Part shown: positions 8,526 to 16,328 of the stretch, piece by piece
Layout: each line of letters opens with the position of its first letter
How positions within the stretch are numbered: position 1 is the first letter of the stretch
DNA from: a virus
Length of the DNA: 34,698 nt
Reading direction: 5' to 3' (one strand)
IMG/VR virus record: IMGVR_UViG_3300019854_000008
Location: 1 to 34,698 of that record
The notes under the pieces: model-generated
What the model saw: only the letters and a program-made list of their open reading frames with translations
What the model was told of the DNA's origin: nothing
Databases searched by the model: none
Made by a program: the position numbers and the translations under genes

Positions 8526-10261
8526 ATCTTCCCTCGCGATCGGTTGCGGCGCCCGTTGCGGTATACAGCCCTCATCATACGTGCCGCGATGAGGCAGACT
8601 GCGAGGTCAATCTTCCTGCGGCTTTCTCGGTGGTCTTTGCTGACGGAGACACCCCACTTAGTGGGGTAGCGGACAGCGTGGAGTGCGTGGGCACGGAGTC
8701 TCGGGTCGCCGTCGTGGATGAACTGCCGGGCGTCAATCTCGGAGGTGAGCGCCTGGGCGGCGTACACGAACTGCTTGTGGTGTTTCGGGTCGGACATATC
8801 CCAGTTGACGGCGTGCTGCGGCGACGCTTTCAGGGGCAGGCGGCGGCCGTAGTCCTGGTGCCAGCCGTCCACGATGCCATCCCAGAACCGTTCCATGGTG
8901 ACGTCGTCCAGGGCGTGGGACGGGTCCGCCCATAGGCCGATCACGTTGTGGTGCTCGACGAAGTCGCGGACCTCGGTGTCGACGCGTTCCCGGGGGGCGA
9001 CCCAGCCGTGGGCGCGAGCGTCCGGTGGCCGCTGCCACAGGCCTACCACGAACGGGGCGCCGTCGGAGATTCGGACGGCCACGCAGGCGGTCGCGTCGTC
9101 CGACTTGCCGCCATCGAAGAACACGGCGACCTCGTCGCCCGGGTCGAGCTCGGGCAGGTCCTTGTCGAGGCAGGCGTCCCAGTCAGACCGTTCCAGCCAG
9201 GCCGTGTCGGCGGCGACAACCTGGTTGTACCACTTCCTCCGAGATTCGGACGGCGGCGTGGACGGGTCCATGATGTCTTGGATGATGCGGTCAGGGACCA
9301 GCCAGGTGGCATCGCCGCGGACGGCTTCCACGACTTCGGGGGCGGCTTCGTAGGTGAGCTGGGCGGTGGCGTCGGCTTCGAGGGAGTCGTAGAGGATGCC
9401 AGCTTCTGCGTCGCGGCCTTGCTCGTGGGCTTCGCGGACGGCCAGGCCGACCGACTCGACGCCGGAGCGGGCGGCGTTGCAGAGGTGCAAGACGCGAGCC
9501 TGCCGGTCTTTCGGGGATTTAGCTGCGTCACCGCGGACTACGCCCATCATGGCGATGCCATTGTTGGACGCAGTCCAGTTCTGTGTTTCAGTGCACACGG
9601 TGAGAGTGGCCCGCGCCCCTTCTGCGGCGGCGGGGTTCGACGTGATTGGGACGATGACGCCGGCGGAACCGTCTCTGTGCGACACGCCGCCGGCGCCGAC
9701 GTGAAGGGCGTAGTGGTCGCGGGTTTCCTGCGGCAGCAGGGCAGGCATGTTCCCCATCGTGGTTCGGGTCTGCTCCTGCGACACAGCGAGAAGACGGATC
9801 CATGGGTCCGTTTCCGGGCGGCCATGCCAGGTGTCGCCGCCGTCGTTCGTGGCCGGCACGGACGGCCCGCACAGGGCGATCAACGCAACTACCGCAGCGA
9901 GCGGGTCTTTGCCCCAACCTTTGCAGCGCTGCAGGACGACCGTTGGTGTGCAGAACACTCCCTCCTCGTCGACCGCGTAGTACCACGCAAGGAAGCGTGC
10001 CTGCTCCGCGGTGAACCGCCACGGGCCGCCGTCTGGACCTCGCAGCCACTGGGACGCCCACACCATTGCGTCAAGGGCGATAGTCCGCTCCGGGAGCTCC
10101 CAGTGGCCTCCCTGTCGGGACCAGACGGGGCCGACAACATCAACGGGCGCCCCCTCAGGGAGGGGGTTTCCGCCGCTGAGAAGGCGCTGGTAGTAGCCGC
10201 GGATCGCGCGTCGTTCGATCTCGTCGTCCGACACGACTGGCGCCTGCCGGGCGCGGGCCAT
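8519..10261 (-). CDS. terL: Terminase large subunit
   Basis: 580 aa, joined to TerS by a TAATG overlap. The segment FFDGGKSDDATACVAV fits a RNaseH-like nuclease domain and the overall layout is terminase_1-like. Confidence 0.9.
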   Translation of the reverse strand: MARARQAPVVSDDEIERRAIRGYYQRLLSGGNPLPEGAPVDVVGPVWSRQGGHWELPERTIALDAMVWASQWLRGPDGGPWRFTAEQARFLAWYYAVDEEGVFCTPTVVLQRCKGWGKDPLAAVVALIALCGPSVPATNDGGDTWHGRPETDPWIRLLAVSQEQTRTTMGNMPALLPQETRDHYALHVGAGGVSHRDGSAGVIVPITSNPAAAEGARATLTVCTETQNWTASNNGIAMMGVVRGDAAKSPKDRQARVLHLCNAARSGVESVGLAVREAHEQGRDAEAGILYDSLEADATAQLTYEAAPEVVEAVRGDATWLVPDRIIQDIMDPSTPPSESRRKWYNQVVAADTAWLERSDWDACLDKDLPELDPGDEVAVFFDGGKSDDATACVAVRISDGAPFVVGLWQRPPDARAHGWVAPRERVDTEVRDFVEHHNVIGLWADPSHALDDVTMERFWDGIVDGWHQDYGRRLPLKASPQHAVNWDMSDPKHHKQFVYAAQALTSEIDARQFIHDGDPRLRAHALHAVRYPTKWGVSVSKDHRESRRKIDLAVCLIAARMMRAVYRNGRRNRSRGKIW

Positions 10262-10620
10262 TACTGGGCCTCACCCCAACGGGCGACCGCAGCGAGCCGC
10301 GCATGCTGAGAGCGGGCGTCTTGGGCGCGCCCTTCAGCGTCAGCGTCGGGCAGGTTCAGCCTGGAGAGCAGCTGCGACATGGCGACCCGGTGTTGCCGAA
10401 CCTCTCCGAGCAGCGGATGGGCGCGGACCTGTCCCGTAGACCCGGGAGTGAGGAGGTCGGCGCCGAGCTCCCGCTCAATCCGGTCCACCAGGGAAGCTTC
10501 CCGGCATGCATCCTCGAGCACGCGCAGCTCGTCTGGCCGGAGGTCCCACTTCGACGTGACACCATCCCACAAGGCACGCGCGGACTTGCTGAGCCTTGTC
10601 GGCGGTTTGCGGTCTGCCAT
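10261..10620 (-). CDS. terS: Terminase small subunit (P27-like)
   Basis: 119 aa. The sequence MADRKPPTRLSKSARALWDGVTSKWDLRPDELRVLEDACREASLVDRIE... matches the P27-family TerS pattern. It lies directly upstream of TerL. Confidence 0.8.
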   Translation of the reverse strand: MADRKPPTRLSKSARALWDGVTSKWDLRPDELRVLEDACREASLVDRIERELGADLLTPGSTGQVRAHPLLGEVRQHRVAMSQLLSRLNLPDADAEGRAQDARSQHARLAAVARWGEAQ

Positions 10621-10648
10621 CCGACTGTCCTCTCCACTGAATGCAACT

Positions 10649-10680
10649 GGCGGCCCGGGCCCTCACCGACCCGGGCCGCC
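10649..10680 (-). terminator. GC-rich hairpin between the lysis genes and terS
   Basis: An 11-bp perfect stem, ggcggcccggg (10649-10659) / cccgggccgcc (10670-10680), with a 10-nt loop. There is no U-tract. Confidence 0.55.
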
Positions 10681-10708
10681 AGCCCTGAACTACAACGCGC
10701 TCAGTGTA

Positions 10709-11059
10709 TCACTTGGCGTGCTTGCCCTCGCCAGAGTCACGCAGGGTGACGCCACCGGGGGTGACAATACCCGCCCAGTCGAGGATCGAAATGCCGTTGA
10801 TCTTCACGGACTTCAGGACATTGAAAGCCCCGAGGACAAGACCAGCGACAGCCAGGGCGTGGTTCGTGGCGGACGCCGCGGTCGCCGGGTAGGCGCCCAC
10901 AAACCACGTGCCGGCAGCGATCAGAGCAACCGCCGCCAGGGTCAGGGCGCGCCGCCGGCCGGCGGTCCAGTACGGCTTGTCCAGGGCCGCCTGGAGGAAA
11001 GGCCACGCAACAGCGGCCACGGCCGTAAGGGTCGCGCTCTGCTCAGCAGTCAGGTTCAT
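10709..11059 (-). CDS. Holin-like membrane protein (about 3 predicted TM segments)
   Basis: ORF 10709..11149, trimmed to ATG 11059 (GGAGGAGAAAG upstream). Hydrophobic stretches are LTAVAAVAWPFLQAAL, ALTLAAVALIAAGTWFVGAY and ALAVAGLVLGAFNVL. It lies downstream of the endolysin. Confidence 0.65.
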   Translation of the reverse strand: MNLTAEQSATLTAVAAVAWPFLQAALDKPYWTAGRRRALTLAAVALIAAGTWFVGAYPATAASATNHALAVAGLVLGAFNVLKSVKINGISILDWAGIVTPGGVTLRDSGEGKHAK

Positions 11060-11167
11060 CTTTCTCCTCCGTTGTCTCTTGACGGCCTTCCAGCCGCCCG
11101 ACCCAGTATGCGCCCAGGATCGCCGCAGCGGCGAACCAATGGGCGGCACACGGGACGATGTGCGGGG

Positions 11168-12565
11168 TCACTTCGCAGCGTCGGGCCGCTCAGCGTCGGC
11201 AGGCTTCACGGCGGTGCGAATGTCGTTGACGGCACCGTAGATCGCACCGGCGGACTTGACGCCCTCCTGGCCGGGGGTGAGCGCGTCGAGGACCTTGTCG
11301 ACCGCGGCGTGGATCGCCTTGGTCTCCTCGTAGGTCGCCTTCGCGTACCAGTTCATGTCGCCGGCGAAGTGGTCGCCAGCCTGTCCGGACCTGAACAGGT
11401 CCCTGATCTCCCTGAGAAGGTCAACGCCTTCAGCCATTTCCCATGCCTCCTGTCCTGCGCCGTTGGGGCGCCCGTAGTTGTACCACGACCTGCACCGGTC
11501 GCTGAAGGGTTCGCCGTACGCCTCGTAGGCGCCGTAGGCGCTACCCGAATTGTAGCGGGACCCGACGCGCTTCAGGTCCTCGTAGGAGTCGCCTTCAGCG
11601 TTGATGAGGTCCCGGATGATGCCGCAACCGATCTCGGCGGACTTCTCGGGGTCCCACCAGGCCCGGTCGGGGTCGTTGAAGAAGTAGCCGGGGTATGTGA
11701 CCTGCAGCGGCCCGACCCCGTTGGACGTGGCGCCGGCGCTGATCTGCGCGTAGAAGTCCCGGAACTTCGCTTCGGTGACTTCACCGCCGCCGCAGTAGGC
11801 GCCGCCGGCGTCGTGACCGAAGATGTTCGCCCCGTACTCGCCGGTCTCCATCCATAGGGCCGCGAGCGCCGCCCACCAGGGGCAGCCCACGTTGTCTGCG
11901 GCACGGAGGACGGCCTGCTGCACATACGACAGCTCGTACCCGTCATGCGAGGCGCGGGACTGTTCCTGAACCTGCGGGACAGGCGCGGCGGTGCCGCCGA
12001 GGTAGCGGAGACAGTGCGTCCACCGGGCTGTCTGCGTGTACAAGTGCCCTTCGTAGGACACGCACCGGCACTCGCGGCCGGTCTGGTCGCCGATAAGCCC
12101 GTCGAGGGAGTTGTCTTCGGCGATCCACGCCTCGGACAGGCCGCTCTTGGTGACCATGGCGACATGGCCGGCACCTCCCGAGGCGGCCTCGGAGAGGATC
12201 AGGTCACCGAGCTGGAGGCCGCCGTCAGGGTAGAGATTGTTGTCGTCCCAGTGGACGTCCTCGAAGCCGCGAGAAACGGCGTAGTCGCGGATATTGCCAG
12301 TGTATGTGTCCCTGGGGAACATGACGCCGGAGTTCCAGGACTCCCCGTCGGCATGGAACGCGAAGTTCCAGGCGGCGGCAACACCTGCGGAGCAGTCCAT
12401 GTTGGCGTTCGCGGTGAGCCAGCCGAGGTCCGTGGAGCGTTCGTACGCCATCCACCGGTCAGGCTGGGAGTACCCGACGCTGTAGTCACCCCCTTGGGGC
12501 TTTCCGGGGCCGCAGGTGGCCCAGTACTCCATCTGGGCTGCGGCGGTTGCGGGTGATGCTGACAT
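11168..12565 (-). CDS. Endolysin: NlpC/P60-type cysteine peptidase + SLT-like lytic transglycosylase + unknown helical C-terminal domain
   Basis: ORF 11168..12670, trimmed to ATG 12565 (GGAGGG upstream). The peptidase Cys/His motifs are NMDCSAGVAAAW and GGAGHVAMV. The SLT-like motifs are WMETGEYGANIFG, GVGPLQVTYP and SRYNSGSAYG. I recognise no LysM, SH3 or PG_binding domain. Confidence 0.8.
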   Translation of the reverse strand: MSASPATAAAQMEYWATCGPGKPQGGDYSVGYSQPDRWMAYERSTDLGWLTANANMDCSAGVAAAWNFAFHADGESWNSGVMFPRDTYTGNIRDYAVSRGFEDVHWDDNNLYPDGGLQLGDLILSEAASGGAGHVAMVTKSGLSEAWIAEDNSLDGLIGDQTGRECRCVSYEGHLYTQTARWTHCLRYLGGTAAPVPQVQEQSRASHDGYELSYVQQAVLRAADNVGCPWWAALAALWMETGEYGANIFGHDAGGAYCGGGEVTEAKFRDFYAQISAGATSNGVGPLQVTYPGYFFNDPDRAWWDPEKSAEIGCGIIRDLINAEGDSYEDLKRVGSRYNSGSAYGAYEAYGEPFSDRCRSWYNYGRPNGAGQEAWEMAEGVDLLREIRDLFRSGQAGDHFAGDMNWYAKATYEETKAIHAAVDKVLDALTPGQEGVKSAGAIYGAVNDIRTAVKPADAERPDAAK

Positions 12566-12689
12566 CTGCCCTCCTGTCTGTCGTACCCCGTCGGGTCGGG
12601 GTGGTTGGTTCCAGGGTAACGGGCCGGTCGAGTGGCGGCCGTCACGGGGAAAACCTGTGGCGAGGGGCATCCAGCTGCGGAGTTGCTAT

Positions 12690-12723
12690 CTCCCCCGGTC
12701 TTTCGTGTGTGGGGGCGGGGGAG
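12690..12723 (-). terminator. Hairpin downstream of the HNH gene
   Basis: An 8-bp stem, ctcccccg (12690-12697) / cgggggag (12716-12723), with an 18-nt loop. It sits between the HNH stop (12774) and the endolysin start (12565). Confidence 0.4.
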
Positions 12724-12744
12724 TCACCGCCAGGGGTGCCGGTC

Positions 12745-12860
12745 GTTTTTTCGCAGCGGATTTTTGTTTCGTTTCAGATTTCGCGTTCGCGCGTTTCGGT
12801 TCGCGTTTCGTTTGTTTTGTTTCGTTTTTGCTTTTCGTTTTGTTTTGTTTTTTTTCGTTG
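12745..12860. repeat. T/G-rich simple-sequence tract, (T3-8 C/G G)n, nearly A-free on the plus strand
   Basis: Read directly: ...gttttttcgcagcggatttttgtttcgtttcagatttcgcgttcgcgcgtttcggttcgcgtttcgtttgttttgtttcgtttttgcttttcgttttgttttgttttttttcgttg. There is no A at all in 12781-12860, and 12801-12860 is about 68% T. This contrasts with a genome of roughly mid-60s % GC. Confidence 0.9.
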
Positions 12861-13226
12861 AAAGTCGCATGGATGTTGTGGTGTCGGTCGTGTTCGCATG
12901 CGTGTCTTGCGTGCGTGTATGGCACGGACCTCTGCCGTGGTCTTGGAGGCGTGGCAGGGGTGGCACAGGGGTTGGAGGTTGCTTGGGCTGTTTAAATCTC
13001 CTCGTTGGATGTGGTCGATGTCTGTGGCGTGTGTTGTGCAGTTGGTGTGGTGCCATCGGGGGCCGGCGTAGGGGGTGCCCTGGGGCCCGTCCTCCCAATA
13101 CCCGGTGCCCCACCCTGGGGTTGCGAGGCCTGCGCATTTTCCGTTTGTTGTTTGCAGTGTTTCTTTTCTGAGTTGGTTCCAGTTTTTTGGGAGTCGTGTG
13201 CGTCGGTTGCTGGTGGTCCATGGCAT
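12774..13226 (-). CDS. HNH endonuclease with Lys/Arg/Glu-rich C-terminal tail
   Basis: 150 aa. HNH hallmarks are RRTRLPKNWNQLRKETLQ..GKC...HATDIDHIQRGDLNSPSNLQPLCHPCHASKTTAE. The last ~29 codons (FQRKKTKQNEKQKRNKTNETRTETREREI) are encoded by the simple-sequence tract. There is no obvious SD before ATG 13226. Confidence 0.8.
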   Translation of the reverse strand: MPWTTSNRRTRLPKNWNQLRKETLQTTNGKCAGLATPGWGTGYWEDGPQGTPYAGPRWHHTNCTTHATDIDHIQRGDLNSPSNLQPLCHPCHASKTTAEVRAIHARKTRMRTRPTPQHPCDFQRKKTKQNEKQKRNKTNETRTETREREI

Positions 13227-13325
13227 GTGCCCATGGTAGTGGGGTGGGGTGGTGGGGTGGTGTGTCTGGGTCCTTGCTGGGTGGGGGGTGTGTGGGGCGG
13301 TGTTGGTGTTTGATGGTTGACCCCG

Positions 13326-13347
13326 GGGTGGGACTCTAGTCCCACCC
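13326..13347. other. 9-bp stem / 4-nt loop hairpin flanking the DnaA-box region
   Basis: gggtgggac (13326-13334), tcta loop, gtcccaccc (13339-13347). Confidence 0.5.
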
Positions 13348-13361
13348 TGTGCGCTGGGTCA

Positions 13362-13526
13362 TGTGGGTAACCCTGTGGATATCCTTGTGGATTGGTTGTG
13401 GGTAGCCTGTGGATAAGTGGTTGTGCATACAGGTAATCCACTGCACCCTTCGAGTTATCCACAGGGGGTTGTGGGTTGCGGATGGTTGGGGTTGCAGTGG
13501 AAGGTGGGGTTATCCACATATCCACA
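13362..13526. promoter_or_regulatory. Cluster of seven DnaA-box-like 9-mers in two opposed arrays (candidate origin / DnaA-binding locus)
   Basis: Reverse-oriented boxes: TGTGGGTAA 13362-70, TGTGGATAT 13374-82, TGTGGATTG 13386-94 and TGTGGATAA 13408-16 (a perfect TTATCCACA complement). Forward-oriented boxes: TTATCCACA 13455-63 (perfect), TTATCCACA 13510-18 (perfect) and ATATCCACA 13518-26. The region is non-coding. Confidence 0.7.
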
Positions 13527-13530
13527 GGCA

Positions 13531-13560
13531 CCTACTATCTACTACCTAGATATCTCTTGT
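13531..13560. other. AT-rich element next to the DnaA boxes (candidate unwinding element)
   Basis: The sequence cctactatctactacctagatatctcttgt is about 37% GC. It holds the direct repeat CTACTAT/CTACTAC (13532-13545) and the 8-bp palindrome AGATATCT (13548-13555). Confidence 0.4.
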
Positions 13561-13672
13561 TCGGTGTCATAGCCCCAACGGGGCGCGGGCGCGGGAATGG
13601 GCTGCCCGGGTCGCCTGGGTACATGGTCCCTGTCGGGTGTTGGGTGGTGCGGTGAATGGCAGTGAGGTAGAC

Positions 13673-13707
13673 GGATCCCCCGGCGCCGAGGTGGTGTCGG
13701 GGGATCC
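13673..13707 (-). terminator. Hairpin after the small membrane protein gene
   Basis: A 9-bp stem, ggatccccc (13673-13681) / gggggatcc (13699-13707), with a 17-nt loop. It lies 7 nt downstream of the stop at 13714. Confidence 0.55.
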
Positions 13708-13713
13708 TGGGTG

Positions 13714-13926
13714 TCAGCGGCGGTGGAAGCCTGGGTGGTTGCCGTGCCTGCGGGCCCAGCGGATGGGGCGGAGGGATGCGAGGCAGACGGCGGAGACGAC
13801 AGTCCAGAGCAGGCCGGTGGAGATATCGAGCTCCCCGGTAGCGAAGCCGGCGTACCAGAGGAGGGCGGCGTGGATGGCGGAGAGTGCGCCTGCGAGGGCG
13901 GCGACTATGTAGAGGGTGCGGGTCAT
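13714..13926 (-). CDS. Small membrane protein (2 TM), unknown function
   Basis: 70 aa, MTRTLYIVAALAGALSAIHAALLWYAGFATGELDISTGLLWTVVSAVCLASL..., with an AAGGAG SD 7 nt upstream of the ATG at 13926. Confidence 0.65.
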   Translation of the reverse strand: MTRTLYIVAALAGALSAIHAALLWYAGFATGELDISTGLLWTVVSAVCLASLRPIRWARRHGNHPGFHRR

Positions 13927-14021
13927 GCGCGGTCTCCTTATCGGTTGGTGCGGTCATTCTTATGGTACCCATCCCACCTGTCTACACGGAGGCTGTGTAA
14001 GCGTCTCTGCCGGCCTAACGG

Positions 14022-14058
14022 GAACGCCCCCTACCCGAGTACCGGGTGGGGGGCGTTC
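14022..14058 (-). terminator. Hairpin after the DnaB-like helicase gene
   Basis: gaacgccccc (14022-14031) pairs with gggggcgttc (14049-14058), and the inner acccg/cgggt extends the stem. It lies 18 nt downstream of the helicase stop. Confidence 0.55.
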
Positions 14059-14075
14059 GCCTGTCTGCGTGGCTG

Positions 14076-15329
14076 TCAGCGGGCTTCCCGGGTGGGTTCT
14101 GCGAGGACGGCCATGGCGGGCTGGCGGATGAGTTCTGCGTCGCCGGTCGCACCGTGCCTGTTCTTGGCTACGGACACGGCGAGTCGCGTCCGGTCGGGGA
14201 TGCCGTTGCGGACGGGCAGGGACAGGAGGGTGACGGTGTCTGCGTCCTGTTCGATGCTGCCTGACTCGCGGAGGTCGGCGAGCTTCGGGGCGAGGTCGTC
14301 TCTCATCTCGGATGCGCGGGACAGCTGCGACAGGGCGAACACGGGAACGTCCAACTCCAACGCCAGTTCCTTCAAGGCTCGGGACTGGTAGGTGACCATC
14401 TCTCGGAGTGAGGAGCCGGGCACGCCGCGGGATGGGGCGAGGAGCTGCATGTGGTCGATGATGATGGCGCCGAGCTTCTTCTTGTGGTGGAGGGTGCGTG
14501 CGAGTGCGGCTACCTGTTCGACGGACATGCCGGCTTTGTCGCTGATGTGGATGGGCAGGGCTGCGGTCTGGGCGGCTGCACGGTTGAGGGTGTCGACCAG
14601 GTTGGTCGGGGCAGGCTCCTCACGGGTGGTGTACTTCAGTGCGACGCCAGTGGCCTGGGACAGGAGGCGTGGCAGGAGTTCGCGGGCCGGCATTTCCATG
14701 GACACGTAGAGGACGTGCCTGTCGTTGCGGGCCGCGCAGGAGGCGAGGTAGAGCCCGTACAGGGTTTTGCCTACTGCGGGGCGGGCGCCGATGACGTGGA
14801 GGCCGCCGTCTCGGTGGAGGCCGACGATGTCATTGACTGCGGTCCAGGGGGTGCGGACGCCGGTTGCTTTCTTCGCCGTGTACCACTGGTCGACGAGGGA
14901 CGGCATGGAGACGGTGTCTCCGTCGGGGGCAGTGGATCCGATGTGGGACTGCGCCCATGAGGCGACTTCGGCTGCGGTGGCGTCGCCTTGGAGGAGCTGC
15001 TCCGCGCGGGTGAGCACGTCGTGGACGTCCCTCTTCGCGGCGGCTTCCTGGACGAGGCGGGCGTAGTGGTCCGCGTCGGCGGGGTTCAGCGATGCGTGCA
15101 CGCAGTCGAGGATGTCTTCCCCGGTGGCGGGCTTGCGGATTTCAGCGAGGACGGTTGCGGGAGTGGGGACTCTGCCCATTGCCCAGTGGTCGCGGATGAT
15201 TCCCCAGATGACCGCGTAGCGGGTGTTGGCGATCATGTCCGGGGTGGTGGCCCAGGTGGTGTCGGTTTGCGCTTCGTTGCCTGCGAGGGCTGAGCCGATG
15301 AGGCACTGTTCGATGGTGGCGGTTTCCAT
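14076..15329 (-). CDS. dnaB: DnaB-type replicative helicase
   Basis: 417 aa. It has a DnaB N-terminal-domain-like start (IEQCLIGSALAG...), Walker A (GARPAVGKT), Walker B (AIIIDHMQLL) and the ALSQLSRASE motif. GAAAGGGAAC SD upstream. Confidence 0.9.
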   Translation of the reverse strand: METATIEQCLIGSALAGNEAQTDTTWATTPDMIANTRYAVIWGIIRDHWAMGRVPTPATVLAEIRKPATGEDILDCVHASLNPADADHYARLVQEAAAKRDVHDVLTRAEQLLQGDATAAEVASWAQSHIGSTAPDGDTVSMPSLVDQWYTAKKATGVRTPWTAVNDIVGLHRDGGLHVIGARPAVGKTLYGLYLASCAARNDRHVLYVSMEMPARELLPRLLSQATGVALKYTTREEPAPTNLVDTLNRAAAQTAALPIHISDKAGMSVEQVAALARTLHHKKKLGAIIIDHMQLLAPSRGVPGSSLREMVTYQSRALKELALELDVPVFALSQLSRASEMRDDLAPKLADLRESGSIEQDADTVTLLSLPVRNGIPDRTRLAVSVAKNRHGATGDAELIRQPAMAVLAEPTREAR

Positions 15330-15350
15330 TTGTGTTCCCTTTCGGTGGTG

Positions 15351-16154
15351 TCAGTTGTTGGTTGCGTTGTCCCACATGGCTGCGATGTTGGCCATGAGTT
15401 CGGGGGTTGCTTCTGCGTTGACGAGGTCGGCGTCGTTGATGTGGGGGTTGCCGAGGCGGTCGTCGGTGCTGGCGGGCTGTGCGGGCTGGTAGTTCTCCCA
15501 GTCGTGGTCTTCGAGCCAGCGGCGTGCGGTGCGGATGTAGCGGGCCGGGGTTTCCCGTCGGCGGCATTGGTCTGCGTACGCTTTCGCCCCGTCGGTGATT
15601 TCCTGGGCTGTGGCGTGCTGTCGGGCTTTCTGCCAGTCCCGGATGGTGGCCTTAGTGCCCGGGTACGCCTTGTTGAATTCGGAGCGTTCCTGGGCTTCTC
15701 GTGCGCGCTTGGCTTCTTTCTCGGCGGCGGCTTTGTCGTGGCGGGCGCGGGCGCGGGCGATGTCGTCCGCGGTGACCCTGTCGGCGACGGGGGTGAGCGG
15801 CTTGTAGGTGCGGGGCTGTTCGTTGGTGCGGTCGTGGCTGGTGGCGCCTGCTGCTACGAGGCCGTCGTGGTTGAGGAGTGCGTCGAGGTGGATGGCGTAT
15901 TCGTTGGCGCCGCCTGGGGTGTGGCGGGTTTCGATGATGTTGAGCGCGGTGAGGTGTGCGAGGGCGCGGGTGACTGAGGCGCGGGACAGCTGCGCCCTGG
16001 CCTGGATGGCGTCTTTGGACGGGTAGATGCGTTCGCAGTTCCACCAGGTGCAGAGTGCGGTGAGGGTGGCGATGTCTGCGCCGGTGAGGTCGTGTCGCTT
16101 CCAGTAGGGGCGGATGTTGATAGCCCCGATGACTTGAGTGTTGTAGTACTCCAT
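15351..16154 (-). CDS. Winged-helix DNA-binding replication protein (initiator / helicase-loader-like)
   Basis: 267 aa. The N-terminal wHTH is LTALCTWWNCERIYPSKDAIQARAQLSRASVTRALAHLTALNIIETRH. It is the first gene of the leftward arm, immediately upstream of the helicase. The function is inferred from position and the DNA-binding fold. Confidence 0.6.
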   Translation of the reverse strand: MEYYNTQVIGAINIRPYWKRHDLTGADIATLTALCTWWNCERIYPSKDAIQARAQLSRASVTRALAHLTALNIIETRHTPGGANEYAIHLDALLNHDGLVAAGATSHDRTNEQPRTYKPLTPVADRVTADDIARARARHDKAAAEKEAKRAREAQERSEFNKAYPGTKATIRDWQKARQHATAQEITDGAKAYADQCRRRETPARYIRTARRWLEDHDWENYQPAQPASTDDRLGNPHINDADLVNAEATPELMANIAAMWDNATNN

Positions 16155-16199
16155 GTCTTCTCCGTTGTCCTGTGCTGCGTTCCTGTTGGCCTGTTGGTT

Positions 16200-16238
16200 G
16201 GGGCCCGGGGGAGCGTCGTGGCTCAGACCCCGGGCCCC
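16200..16238. promoter_or_regulatory. GC-rich stem-loop/palindrome in the leader of the leftward operon
   Basis: ggggcccgggg (16200-16210) pairs with ccccgggcccc (16228-16238), and an inner gagc/gctc pair extends it. It lies 46-84 nt upstream of the ATG at 16154. Confidence 0.45.
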
Positions 16239-16328
16239 GGCCAGCCAGGTAGGAACACAACGAAAACCCTGACTGGCTGATCAACCAACGGGTCAACAGT
16301 AGCAGGTGCGCCTGGGCTGGGTGCCGCC

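Noticed and set aside
12745-12860. Whether the repetitive T-rich tract is a CRISPR array or minisatellite.
   Set aside because: It has no regular repeat-spacer periodicity or conserved repeat unit of 20+ nt. It is an irregular simple-sequence tract.
12992-13531. 179-aa minus-strand ORF (plus 12724..13221 and 13535..13972) covering the HNH gene, the G-rich tract and the DnaA-box region.
   Set aside because: The translations are Pro/Thr/His-rich and simply reflect the C-rich strand. They overlap better-supported genes in other frames. The region is better explained as non-coding regulatory DNA.
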